Shown piece after piece: positions 9,363 through 17,856 of a DNA stretch of 64,000 bases. The notes beneath the pieces are model-generated. The model saw nothing but the letters and a program-made list of their open reading frames with translations, searched no databases and was not told the DNA's origin. The position numbers were made by a program, and so were the translations under genes. Source of the stretch: Patescibacteria group bacterium. GTDB taxonomy: Bacteria > Patescibacteriota > Microgenomatia > Levybacterales > UBA12049. The first letter of the stretch is position 1, and every line of letters begins with the position of its first letter. The stretch is from positions 5,448 to 69,447 of the forward strand of contig JBBTXS010000007.1 of assembly GCA_038062115.1 (NCBI GenBank), given 5' to 3'.

Positions 9363-10601
9363 ATGATTTTAAGGATAAAAAAATATGGCGCTTATCTAAT
9401 TTTAACTGTTGTATTAACATTAGTTCTTACAATCGTTAGCAATAATTTTACATACGCCGAAGATTCTCCAACCCCAACCCCTACTCAAATCCCCAATCAA
9501 GTTCATGTAGAAGGATGTCCTTACAATAATTTAAGTAAATGCGTTCAATTTTTTCAAGAAAAAGTTAGTGAGTTAAATAAGCAGGGAAAAACGCTTGCAT
9601 CCCAGATTGCTGTGATGAGTAATCAGATTCAATTAACCGAGGCAAGAATTAAAGCAACAAAACAAGAAATTTCTGATCTAACTTTAGACATAGACACGAC
9701 AACAAAAAAAATATCACATCTTCAAAATTCATTAAATAGCCTGACAGAAGTTCTTTTAAATAGAATTGTTGCAACATATGAAACTAGCAGGGTTCAGCCT
9801 TTTGAAATTCTTTTGTCATCTAACAATTTTTCTAATTTTTTTTCTCGCTTAAACTATCTTAAGATCGCACAAGCCCACGATAAGAAGCTTATATATGCAA
9901 CCCAGCAAGCAAAAAATGATTATGCAAATCAAAAAGAAATTTTTGAAAACAAAAAGAAAAAAGTTGAAGCTCTTAAAAATCAACTAGAAGCATATACTAA
10001 CCAACTTGCTCAGGAGAAAAAAGATAGGGAATCACTTTTAGAGGTTACTCAAAGTGATGAAAAAAGATACCAGACATTGTTGGAGAAAGCAAGAGCAGAA
10101 CGAGAGGCAATTGAGAGAGTCCTTACTTCTATTCAGCTTAAAGATGGGAGCCCCATTAAAGAAGGAGAAGCAATTGCTGTTGTTGGCAATACTGGCTATC
10201 CACACTGTTCAACTGGACCACACCTTCATTTTGAGGTTAGGAAAAATGGAGTCTCTGAGAACCCAAACAATTATTTAAAAGCTGGAATATCACTTAAATA
10301 TAGCTACGGAGAAGATAAGTATTATTACTACGGCACGATTAATCCGCAAGGCAATTGGAACTGGCCGCTTAAGGAAACGATACAAATTAATCAAGGATAT
10401 GGTTCTCATGGATATGCAAAGTCTTTTTATCCAGATGGAATACACCATGGGATTGATATGGATTCTGACTCTTCTATTATTAAAGCTCCAAAAGACGGAA
10501 CCCTTTATAAAGGGACGACAACTTGTAAAGGAGCAGCTATAAATTATGTAGCAATTGATCATGGAGATGGTATTGTTTCTTGGTATTGGCACGTACAATA
10601 A
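9363..10601 (+). CDS. coiled-coil M23/LytM metallopeptidase (EnvC/PcsB-like FtsEX partner) with swapped motif order
   Basis: Long coiled coil. GNTGYPHCSTGPHLHFEV (HxH block) precedes HHGIDMD...NYVAIDHGDGIVSWYWHVQ* (HxxxD block). Confidence 0.8.
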   Translation: MILRIKKYGAYLILTVVLTLVLTIVSNNFTYAEDSPTPTPTQIPNQVHVEGCPYNNLSKCVQFFQEKVSELNKQGKTLASQIAVMSNQIQLTEARIKATKQEISDLTLDIDTTTKKISHLQNSLNSLTEVLLNRIVATYETSRVQPFEILLSSNNFSNFFSRLNYLKIAQAHDKKLIYATQQAKNDYANQKEIFENKKKKVEALKNQLEAYTNQLAQEKKDRESLLEVTQSDEKRYQTLLEKARAEREAIERVLTSIQLKDGSPIKEGEAIAVVGNTGYPHCSTGPHLHFEVRKNGVSENPNNYLKAGISLKYSYGEDKYYYYGTINPQGNWNWPLKETIQINQGYGSHGYAKSFYPDGIHHGIDMDSDSSIIKAPKDGTLYKGTTTCKGAAINYVAIDHGDGIVSWYWHVQ

Positions 10602-10614
10602 GCATTTTAAATTT

Positions 10615-11466
10615 ATGCTCAGGCAGGTATTTATTCTTATATTTCTCATATTTTTATTTATTTTATTTCATAAGCCTGCATTTGCCGCATTAACCATCAC
10701 AGATGTTTCCCCTGTAAGTATAAGTTCACCAGAAAATGTTATTACCATAACAGCAACGGCATCTGGTCTTCAGAACACAACTCAATACCTACAAGTAGGG
10801 TTAACCAAAGGAGGAGAAGTATCTAATTACTTTGGTTTTACTAAAAATCAAAGTGAGGAATGGTTTAAGTATAAATCTTTGCCCTCGCCTTCGGATCTAA
10901 GTTCATATTTTTATAAATTTACTCCCGTAGGCGGCGCGTGGTCTGGTCAAATACTTGCTAAAGTTGATATAGAAGATACTGGCTATAAGGGTTCGGGAAA
11001 TTACACAATAAAATTAATTAAATATATAACCTCATCGGCTTCGTATTCATCAAATTCAGCTACAATTACAGTCAATATTGCTCCAACATCTACACCTATT
11101 CCGACAAATACGCCAACACCATCACCTACAAATACACCTGTTCCGACAAAAACACCTACGCCCTCTCCTACAAAATCTCCAACTCCTACACTAAAACCAA
11201 CGTCTGCGCTTGTTATTCCAACAAGCATAGAGCCAACGGATGAAGCTATACCAACATCGGTGTTGGGCGAGAGTACGGAAAGCGAAATTAAAGAGGATGA
11301 CAAACCCTCCAAAACAAAACCCGTTGAAGAAGCAAAAATATTGGGAATTCAAGCTGATAATCTCTCGAAAATTCTGATAAGTATTGGAGCTATTCTTCTT
11401 CTTGCTTGTGGTATACTCATTTTTCGAACCTATATGAGAAGCAAAAAAGATAGCGGAGAAGTCTAG
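10615..11466 (+). CDS. secreted Pro/Thr-rich surface protein with C-terminal membrane anchor
   Basis: Signal peptide MLRQVFILIFLIFLFILFHKPAFA. PT linker PTSTPIPTNTPTPSPTNTPVPTKTPTPSPTKSPTPTLKPT. C-terminal TM plus a basic tail. Confidence 0.6.
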   Translation: MLRQVFILIFLIFLFILFHKPAFAALTITDVSPVSISSPENVITITATASGLQNTTQYLQVGLTKGGEVSNYFGFTKNQSEEWFKYKSLPSPSDLSSYFYKFTPVGGAWSGQILAKVDIEDTGYKGSGNYTIKLIKYITSSASYSSNSATITVNIAPTSTPIPTNTPTPSPTNTPVPTKTPTPSPTKSPTPTLKPTSALVIPTSIEPTDEAIPTSVLGESTESEIKEDDKPSKTKPVEEAKILGIQADNLSKILISIGAILLLACGILIFRTYMRSKKDSGEV

Positions 11467-11490
11467 AGCTCATTTCAAAACTTCCCCATC

Positions 11491-11546
11491 GTGTCATTCC
11501 CAGCTTGACTGGGAATCTAGATTCCCGCTTTCGCGGGAATGACGTG
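11491..11546. repeat. TGTCAT...ATGAC hairpin repeat (two-hairpin short form)
   Basis: GTGTCATTCCCAGCTTGACTGGGAATCTAGATTCCCGCTTTCGCGGGAATGACGTG. Outer IR at 11463-11487 / 11548-11568. Confidence 0.75.
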
Positions 11547-11574
11547 AGGGTTTTGAAATAGCTTCTAGTTAAAC

Positions 11575-12102
11575 ATGAAAATCAAAAAAGAAATTTTTAT
11601 CACAGACAGTTTTGAGGAAACCCAAAGACTAGGGGAGAAATTTGCTAAAGATCTGAGGCTACACCTTCGAGGTGCAGCCTTAAATATTGCTTTATATGGA
11701 GATTTGGGAAGCGGGAAAACGACTTTTGTACAAGGTTTGGCAGAAGGATTTGGAATAACAAGAAGAATTATATCGCCAACATTTATTATTATTAGACAAT
11801 ATAAGCTCAGCTCTCAAATGTCAAATCTCGCGTCGTCGCCAAAGCGGCTATGGCGCGTCGGCGACAAATCCACGTCTCAAATATTAAAACTGTTTTATCA
11901 TATAGACTTATATAGAATAAAAAACGATGAAGGTATTGAAGAACTAGGAATAGAAGAGATTATAAAAGATTCGCAGAATATTGTAGCAATAGAATGGGCA
12001 GAAAAAATGGGAGATTTATTGCCGAAGGAAAGGTGGGATGTGAGATTTGAGTATGTGGGAGAAGATAAAAGGAGGATAACAATTAAAAATGGAAGAAATT
12101 AG
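11575..12102 (+). CDS. tsaE: tRNA t6A biosynthesis protein TsaE (carries a 21-aa in-frame insertion)
   Basis: GDLGSGKTTFVQG P-loop, SPTF, HIDLYR motifs. A GC-rich insert sits between them. Confidence 0.8.
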   Translation: MKIKKEIFITDSFEETQRLGEKFAKDLRLHLRGAALNIALYGDLGSGKTTFVQGLAEGFGITRRIISPTFIIIRQYKLSSQMSNLASSPKRLWRVGDKSTSQILKLFYHIDLYRIKNDEGIEELGIEEIIKDSQNIVAIEWAEKMGDLLPKERWDVRFEYVGEDKRRITIKNGRN

Positions 12103-12688
12103 AGAAGGTATAAAAGTATTAAAAGAAGGCGGGATTGTAATTTTCCCAACAGATACTGCATTTGGGATAGGATGCAGAATTGACGATGAGAAAGCAATTG
12201 AGCGTCTTTTTGAGATACGAAAAAGACCAAAGACTCAAGCGACACCAGTTTTGCTAAATTCAGTTGAAATGGCAAGAAAGTATCTTGAAAAAATTCCCAA
12301 AGATGCCGAAGAAAAACTTATGAAAAAATATTGGCCCGGAGCACTTACTATAATACTGCGCTGTAATATAGTGAAAGTGCCATCGCTTGTGAGGGGCGGA
12401 GAAGCAACTTTGGGGGTTCGAATTCCCAATCATCCAATAACTCTTGGCTTAATTAGAGGAGTGGGAGTGCCTCTTGTTGGTCCTTCGGCAAATTTTCATG
12501 GAGAACGAACACCGTACGAAGCTGGCGACTTAAATAAAAAACTTATAAAATTGGCTGATTATGTGGTTTGGGGAGACTGTACATTAAAACAACATTCAAC
12601 TGTAATTGATTGCTCGGAAAAACCCTGGAAAATAATTCGCCAAGGCGCAATAAAATTAAAGCTTCATCATTTGTCATCCTCGACCTGA
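12089..12688 (+). CDS. tsaC: L-threonylcarbamoyladenylate synthase (Sua5/YrdC/TsaC)
   Basis: FPTDTAFGIGC, LGVRIPNH, GPSANFHG motifs. The last 7 codons and the stop lie inside a hairpin repeat. Confidence 0.8.
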   Translation: MEEIREGIKVLKEGGIVIFPTDTAFGIGCRIDDEKAIERLFEIRKRPKTQATPVLLNSVEMARKYLEKIPKDAEEKLMKKYWPGALTIILRCNIVKVPSLVRGGEATLGVRIPNHPITLGLIRGVGVPLVGPSANFHGERTPYEAGDLNKKLIKLADYVVWGDCTLKQHSTVIDCSEKPWKIIRQGAIKLKLHHLSSST

Positions 12689-12725
12689 TCGAGGATCTAG
12701 ATTCCCGCTTTCGCGGGAATGACAC
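12671..12725. repeat. TGTCAT...ATGACA hairpin repeat (short form) bridging tsaC and tsaB
   Basis: TTGTCATCCTCGACCTGATCGAGGATCTAGATTCCCGCTTTCGCGGGAATGACAC. The right half is identical to copy 11491..11546. Confidence 0.75.
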
Positions 12726-12733
12726 AGGAGTCT

Positions 12734-13018
12734 ATGAAGAAAATACTTTTAATTGATATTTCAAACAATAGAGAAATAAAAGTTGGTTTAAGAATTGATA
12801 CAAAAGAATATATAATTAAAGAAAAAATTGGGCGTCAGAAAGCCCAAGTAGTACTACCCCTTATTGATAAGCTTCTAAGGAAGAAAGGATTAGAAATTAC
12901 AGATATAAACGGCATTGAAATTTATTCAATCAATGGATCTTTTACTGGAATAAGAGTTGGGATGTCTATTGCCAATGCTTTATCTTTTGCCTTAAAGATT
13001 CCAGTTAAAACGATTTGA
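12734..13018 (+). CDS. tsaB: short TsaB-like protein (N-terminal half only)
   Basis: GSFTGIRVGMSIANALSFALKIPV motif. Only about 95 aa. The ORF track start 12719 uses the ATG of the repeat terminus ATGACA. Confidence 0.55.
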   Translation: MKKILLIDISNNREIKVGLRIDTKEYIIKEKIGRQKAQVVLPLIDKLLRKKGLEITDINGIEIYSINGSFTGIRVGMSIANALSFALKIPVKTI

Positions 13019-13066
13019 TATTAACAATCATTGACTAAAAACAATAAATGATATCTAATATTAAGT

Positions 13067-13906
13067 ATGAGGGATTTATTTCATCATCTCCTTGTTCCCA
13101 ACCATACTAATAATTTTCGAGCAAAGCTTTTGCACCATAAGAATATATTGTTGGCTACCTTACTTCTCTTTTTTGGTGGTTTGTTTCTTTCTATAATAAG
13201 AACTAATTATCCGTCTGTCCTTGGTGTATCTGTTGATATTCAGGTTCAAAAGCTTTTGCTATTGACCAATAAAGAGAGGCAGGAGAATAACCTTTCTCCT
13301 CTAACTTTAAACCCCAAACTATCCTTAGCAGCAGCAAAAAAAGCAGAAAACATGTTTGAGCAAAACTATTGGGCTCATAATTCTCCAGATGGTAAAACGC
13401 CATGGGTCTTTATAAGAGATGCTGGATATAATTATATTTATGCGGGTGAAAACTTAGCAAGAGGATTCGATACGGCTGATAAGGTTGTAGGTGCATGGAT
13501 GGCAAGTCCCAAGCACAGGGCAAATGTTCTCTCGGAAAACTTTAGAGAAGTTGGGTTTGCTGTAAAAAAGGGTAAACTAAATAATGAGGAGACTGTATTG
13601 GTAGTTGAAGAATTTGGAGATCAAGGCGTAGTTGGGAGGCAGGAAGTTTCTTCAAGTACCGATAATGCCTTGAGCCAAGCATTTTCGGAGACTAATGGCT
13701 ATAACTCTTTTATAAAAAGCTTATCTTTAACCTTGAGTGTTGATAAAATAATATTATCTGTTTTCATATTAGTTTTAATATTGGATATGGTAGTTGTAGA
13801 AAGAAAAAGAATTATTCGATTTGTAGGGCATAATATAGACCATATATTCTTTCTGGTGCTTGTACTATTAATTATTGGCGTTTTGAGTAAAGGAGCAATT
13901 CTTTAA
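13067..13906 (+). CDS. CAP/SCP (YkwD-like) domain protein with membrane segments
   Basis: YWAHNSPDGKTPW...AGENLARG...WMASPKHRANVL motifs. Confidence 0.7.
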   Translation: MRDLFHHLLVPNHTNNFRAKLLHHKNILLATLLLFFGGLFLSIIRTNYPSVLGVSVDIQVQKLLLLTNKERQENNLSPLTLNPKLSLAAAKKAENMFEQNYWAHNSPDGKTPWVFIRDAGYNYIYAGENLARGFDTADKVVGAWMASPKHRANVLSENFREVGFAVKKGKLNNEETVLVVEEFGDQGVVGRQEVSSSTDNALSQAFSETNGYNSFIKSLSLTLSVDKIILSVFILVLILDMVVVERKRIIRFVGHNIDHIFFLVLVLLIIGVLSKGAIL

Positions 13907-14178
13907 TGATTGAAAAAGGCAAAAATCACATTGGTCATTATCTTGTACTTATATTGATACTAGGTAGCGGGTTTTTTATGACTGTCTTGGCAACACCTCA
14001 TAAACAGCTACAAATGGTTGCTACCGTGATGACAACATTTTTTTATATTGCTTGGGGAATATTGCATCATTTGATAAACCACGATCTAACTGCCAAAATT
14101 GTGATAGAATATGTTCTTATTGGTAGTTTTGGGCTGTCGGCAATATTTTTTTTATTGAAAGGAGGTTTTGGGATGTGA
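13906..14178 (+). CDS. small integral membrane protein
   Basis: 90 aa with three hydrophobic helices. ATGA-type packing with neighbours. Confidence 0.5.
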   Translation: MIEKGKNHIGHYLVLILILGSGFFMTVLATPHKQLQMVATVMTTFFYIAWGILHHLINHDLTAKIVIEYVLIGSFGLSAIFFLLKGGFGM

Positions 14179-14921
14179 AGGGAGTTATCTTAGCAGGAGG
14201 ATTAGCAACGAGGCTAAGACCTTTGACTTGGGTTACAAATAAGCATTTATTGCCTATTTACAATAAGCCAATGATCTATTATTCACTTGAGGCAATTGTT
14301 AGAGCTGGCATAAAAGAAGTATTGTTGGTAAGTTCCCCAGATCATGCAGGAGATTTTGCAAACTTGCTAAAATCCGGAGACGATTTTGGTTTAAGGCTAT
14401 ACTATGCTATTCAAAAAAACCCAACAGGAGGTATTGCCGATGGTCTTTCACTTGCTGCAGAATTTGCAAAAGACGAAAAGATTTTGGTTATATTAGGAGA
14501 TAATATTTTTAACTTTAACCTTAAGAAAATAGTTGATAGATTCAAAAATAAAAAAAGAGGGGCTGTGGTTTTTGGAATAGAAATGGATACAGCGTCAAGA
14601 CAATATGGAGTTGTAGAGATAGGTAAAACAGGCAAAGTGTTGTCTATAGAAGAAAAGCCGGAATTTCCCAAATCAAAGATTGCCCAAACTGGAATTTATA
14701 TGTATGACGCGCGAGTTTTTGAGTTTGCAAGAAAACTTGAGCCATCTGCGAGAGGTCAACTTGAGGTAACTGATTTAAACAACTGTTATCTTAGAGAAGG
14801 AACACTGGAATGCGAAATAATTAATTGGTGGATTGATGCTGGTACTTCTTATGATGAACTTTTGCGAGCAAATAATTTAGTCGCAGAAAAAGTAAAAAGA
14901 GGAGAATTTAGTAATAAGTGA
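14175..14921 (+). CDS. rfbA: glucose-1-phosphate thymidylyltransferase-like sugar nucleotidyltransferase (short form)
   Basis: MKGVILAGGLATRLRPLTWVTNKHLLPIYNKPMIYY. GTG start overlapping the upstream stop. Confidence 0.75.
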   Translation: MKGVILAGGLATRLRPLTWVTNKHLLPIYNKPMIYYSLEAIVRAGIKEVLLVSSPDHAGDFANLLKSGDDFGLRLYYAIQKNPTGGIADGLSLAAEFAKDEKILVILGDNIFNFNLKKIVDRFKNKKRGAVVFGIEMDTASRQYGVVEIGKTGKVLSIEEKPEFPKSKIAQTGIYMYDARVFEFARKLEPSARGQLEVTDLNNCYLREGTLECEIINWWIDAGTSYDELLRANNLVAEKVKRGEFSNK

Positions 14922-15934
14922 AAATACTAGTAACAGGGGGAGCAGGGTTCATTGGATCAAATTTTATACTCTATTGGATGAAACGTTACTCCAATGACAA
15001 AATTGTGAATCTTGATTGTTTAACTTATTCTGGCAATCTAGAAAACTTAAAAGAAGTTGCCAATAACAAAAACTATACATTCATTAAAGGTAAGATTGAG
15101 GATCCAATCATTGTTGATAAGGCCACACAAGGGATTGATGTTGTTGTTCACTTTGCCGCAGAAAGCCATGTGGATAGATCTATCAAAAAACCAGCAGAGT
15201 TTGTACTTTCAAATGTAGTAGGTACCCAAGTATTGTTAGATGCAGCAGTGAGACATAACATTAAAAAATTTCACCATGTTTCTACAGATGAGGTTTTTGG
15301 AAGCCTAGAGCTTAATAATACGAATAAATTTAATGAACGAACAAATTATAGCCCCAGAAGCCCATATGCAGCCACAAAAGCAGCCTCAGACCATTTAGTA
15401 CGATCATATTTTATAACCTATGGATTACGAATCACAATTACCAACTGTTCTAATAACTTTGGGCCATATCAATTCCCTGAAAAAATGATTCCTTTAGCAA
15501 TAACTAATATTTTGGAGGGGAAAAAAGTGCCAGTTTACGGAGACGGCCTTTACGTTAGAGACTGGCTTTATGTGAAAGATCATTGCAGAGCAATCGATTT
15601 AGTTTTGCAAAAAGGTAAAGTTGGAGAAACATATTGTGTAGGAGGACTAACAGAAGATATAAATAATCTAGCAGTAGTCAAAAAGATTATTCAAATTCTA
15701 GGCAAAGAGGAATCAATGATCGAATTTGTCAAAGATAGGCCAGGGCACGATAGGAAATATGCAATAGATTGGTCAAAAATTAAAAACGAGCTTGACTGGG
15801 AACCCCTACATAGTTTTGACGAGTGGCTCGAAAAGACCGTTGAATGGTACAAAACGAATGAAAGTTGGTGGAGGAGGTTAAAGAGTAAAGAGTACCAAGA
15901 ATATTACAAAGAACAGTATGGAGATTTAGACTAA
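14918..15934 (+). CDS. rfbB: dTDP-glucose 4,6-dehydratase
   Basis: GGAGFIGSNF, YSPRSPYAATKAASD, PGHDRKYAID motifs. Confidence 0.9.
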   Translation: MKILVTGGAGFIGSNFILYWMKRYSNDKIVNLDCLTYSGNLENLKEVANNKNYTFIKGKIEDPIIVDKATQGIDVVVHFAAESHVDRSIKKPAEFVLSNVVGTQVLLDAAVRHNIKKFHHVSTDEVFGSLELNNTNKFNERTNYSPRSPYAATKAASDHLVRSYFITYGLRITITNCSNNFGPYQFPEKMIPLAITNILEGKKVPVYGDGLYVRDWLYVKDHCRAIDLVLQKGKVGETYCVGGLTEDINNLAVVKKIIQILGKEESMIEFVKDRPGHDRKYAIDWSKIKNELDWEPLHSFDEWLEKTVEWYKTNESWWRRLKSKEYQEYYKEQYGDLD

Positions 15935-15989
15935 TTTGGTAGTTGAATTTTGTTTTTTACTGTGCTACACTGACACTGTTTACAAAAAT

Positions 15990-16772
15990 ATGACAGCAGA
16001 AAGCAGACCAGAGCTTAGATTAAATGTTGTATCGGAAGTTTCTTCTGTTGTAGATGCAGAGCAAAGAGAGGCTGTAGATTGGTACAACGAGCAACTTAGG
16101 AATCTTCCCGAAATGAAGGTCGAGCCTTTTAATTTAACTGGGGCGGGAGGATGGGAAGCTAAATTTACACCTGAAGGTCAAGTAGAAGCTGTAACTGGAA
16201 GACATTTTGACATTGAGGGAAGAAAAGTTACCACACCAAACTTTGGATGGAATCAACCAGTAATTGTTCAAAGAAGCGAAGAATTAATTACTAACGAGGG
16301 AGAAATTGATAGAATTTCTGGAATAGTTCTATTGCTTGAGAATCCACGGGGTCAAATCTTTGTTTCAGTTGCTCAAGAACCAGGCATTAAGGCTCAAACA
16401 GTTGAAGGAAAAGAAATTCATCCAGTTGTTCGTACGCCATTTCAAGCAAGCGTTGAAAAACTTCAGCAGCTTGCTAGTGGAAACGAAGAGGTAGATCCTA
16501 TTCTTTACGGTGTACTTAACATATTATCAAAAGACAGTGGTAGAAATTTATCTTCAATGGTACAAGACATGCCATTAAATAGAGTCCCAACCGATGGAAA
16601 TAGAATAGATTCAAACGTCCTTTATGGCGCATTGCAGCTTACTCAAGAAGCAGCAAATCTAGTTGCCGAGAAAGTCCCTCAAGGAAGATTTCTTTCCCCC
16701 AATCAATTAAAGGTGTTGCCTCTTAACGGACATCTTCATATAGCTCTATCGGCTACAGGCAATTGGGCGTAA
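15990..16772 (+). CDS. single-domain NDP-hexose 2,3-dehydratase-like protein
   Basis: GRHFDIEGRKV...WNQPVIVQ...GIVLLL...VSVAQEPGI...PFQAS resembles the Hexose_dehydrat (EvaA) pattern, by eye. Sits in the sugar cluster. ATG at 15990. Confidence 0.45.
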   Translation: MTAESRPELRLNVVSEVSSVVDAEQREAVDWYNEQLRNLPEMKVEPFNLTGAGGWEAKFTPEGQVEAVTGRHFDIEGRKVTTPNFGWNQPVIVQRSEELITNEGEIDRISGIVLLLENPRGQIFVSVAQEPGIKAQTVEGKEIHPVVRTPFQASVEKLQQLASGNEEVDPILYGVLNILSKDSGRNLSSMVQDMPLNRVPTDGNRIDSNVLYGALQLTQEAANLVAEKVPQGRFLSPNQLKVLPLNGHLHIALSATGNWA

Positions 16773-16872
16773 TGGTGTTTATCGTGCGGCGACCCGTGGG
16801 GTCGAGCCTCGAATATAGTTTTATAGAGCTTGAGGTCAATTAATTTTCCCAGAATGCTGTATAATCTTCTTA

Positions 16873-17733
16873 ATGAAAATCTTAGGGACTGGACTTTTGG
16901 GGCTTGTAGGGTCAAGGATCACTGCGCTACTTAAAGATCGCTACGAGTTTGAATCATCAGATGTAGATATAACAGATAGACAAGGTATTATTGAGAGAAT
17001 CAAAAACTCAAATGCTTCGACAGTTCTCCATTTGGCTGCTAAAACAGATGTGGATGGTTGTGAAAAGGATAAACTTTTAGGAGAAAATGGCGATGCATGG
17101 AAAGTTAACGTGAATGGAACAAAGAATGTTACTGATGCGTGTCAAGAAGGTAATAAAAAATTAATTTATATTTCAACAGACTTTGTTTTTGACGGCGAAA
17201 AAACCTTACAATATACAGAAGAAGATACTGCCAATCCAATTAACTGGTATGGAAAGACAAAACTTGAGGGAGAAAAAATTGTGCAAAATGCTTCAATTCC
17301 TTGGGTAATTGCTCGAATTGCTTATCCATACCGCGCTAACTTTGTAAGAAATGACTTTCTAAGAACTATTCTCAAACGATTGCAAGGTCGTAAGAAAGTC
17401 GTGGCAATAACCGATCATATTTTTACACCAACTTTTATAGATGACATTGCGTTTGCAATCGATAAACTAATAAAAAAAGAAGCTTTGGGAGTATTCCATG
17501 TAGTTGGCAACGAACCTTTAAGTCCTTACGATGCAGTAATAGCGATAACAAAGGCATTCGGTTTTGACCAAAAGGATATTACTAAAACCACTCGATCAGA
17601 ATTTTTCCGAAATCGAGCGCCAAGACCTTTCCATTTGGCGCTTAAAAATGATAAAATAGGAAAACTTGGTGTAAAAATGAGAACATTTGAGGAAGGAATA
17701 CAGGAAATAAGAAGACAAATTTCTAATTTCTAA
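16873..17733 (+). CDS. rfbD: dTDP-4-dehydro-sugar reductase (RmlD-like)
   Basis: STDFVFDG...PINWYGKTKLEGE motifs typical of RmlD substrate-binding proteins. Confidence 0.75.
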   Translation: MKILGTGLLGLVGSRITALLKDRYEFESSDVDITDRQGIIERIKNSNASTVLHLAAKTDVDGCEKDKLLGENGDAWKVNVNGTKNVTDACQEGNKKLIYISTDFVFDGEKTLQYTEEDTANPINWYGKTKLEGEKIVQNASIPWVIARIAYPYRANFVRNDFLRTILKRLQGRKKVVAITDHIFTPTFIDDIAFAIDKLIKKEALGVFHVVGNEPLSPYDAVIAITKAFGFDQKDITKTTRSEFFRNRAPRPFHLALKNDKIGKLGVKMRTFEEGIQEIRRQISNF

Positions 17734-17856
17734 TTAACCTAATTGACCTAATTTCTAAACAATGACCCAAGCACCAATTATTAAAATATTTAGACATTTG
17801 GTTTTGGGATTTACTTAGGTCAATTAGAAATTAGAATAATTAGAAATTTTATTGAT

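Noticed and set aside
17741-17826. 13-bp inverted repeat CTAATTGACCTAA / TTAGGTCAATTAG between the rfbD-like gene and ugd
   Set aside because: It is AT-rich, single-copy and separated by ~55 nt. It is most simply an intergenic terminator or attenuator-like palindrome, and I found nothing else to support a special role.
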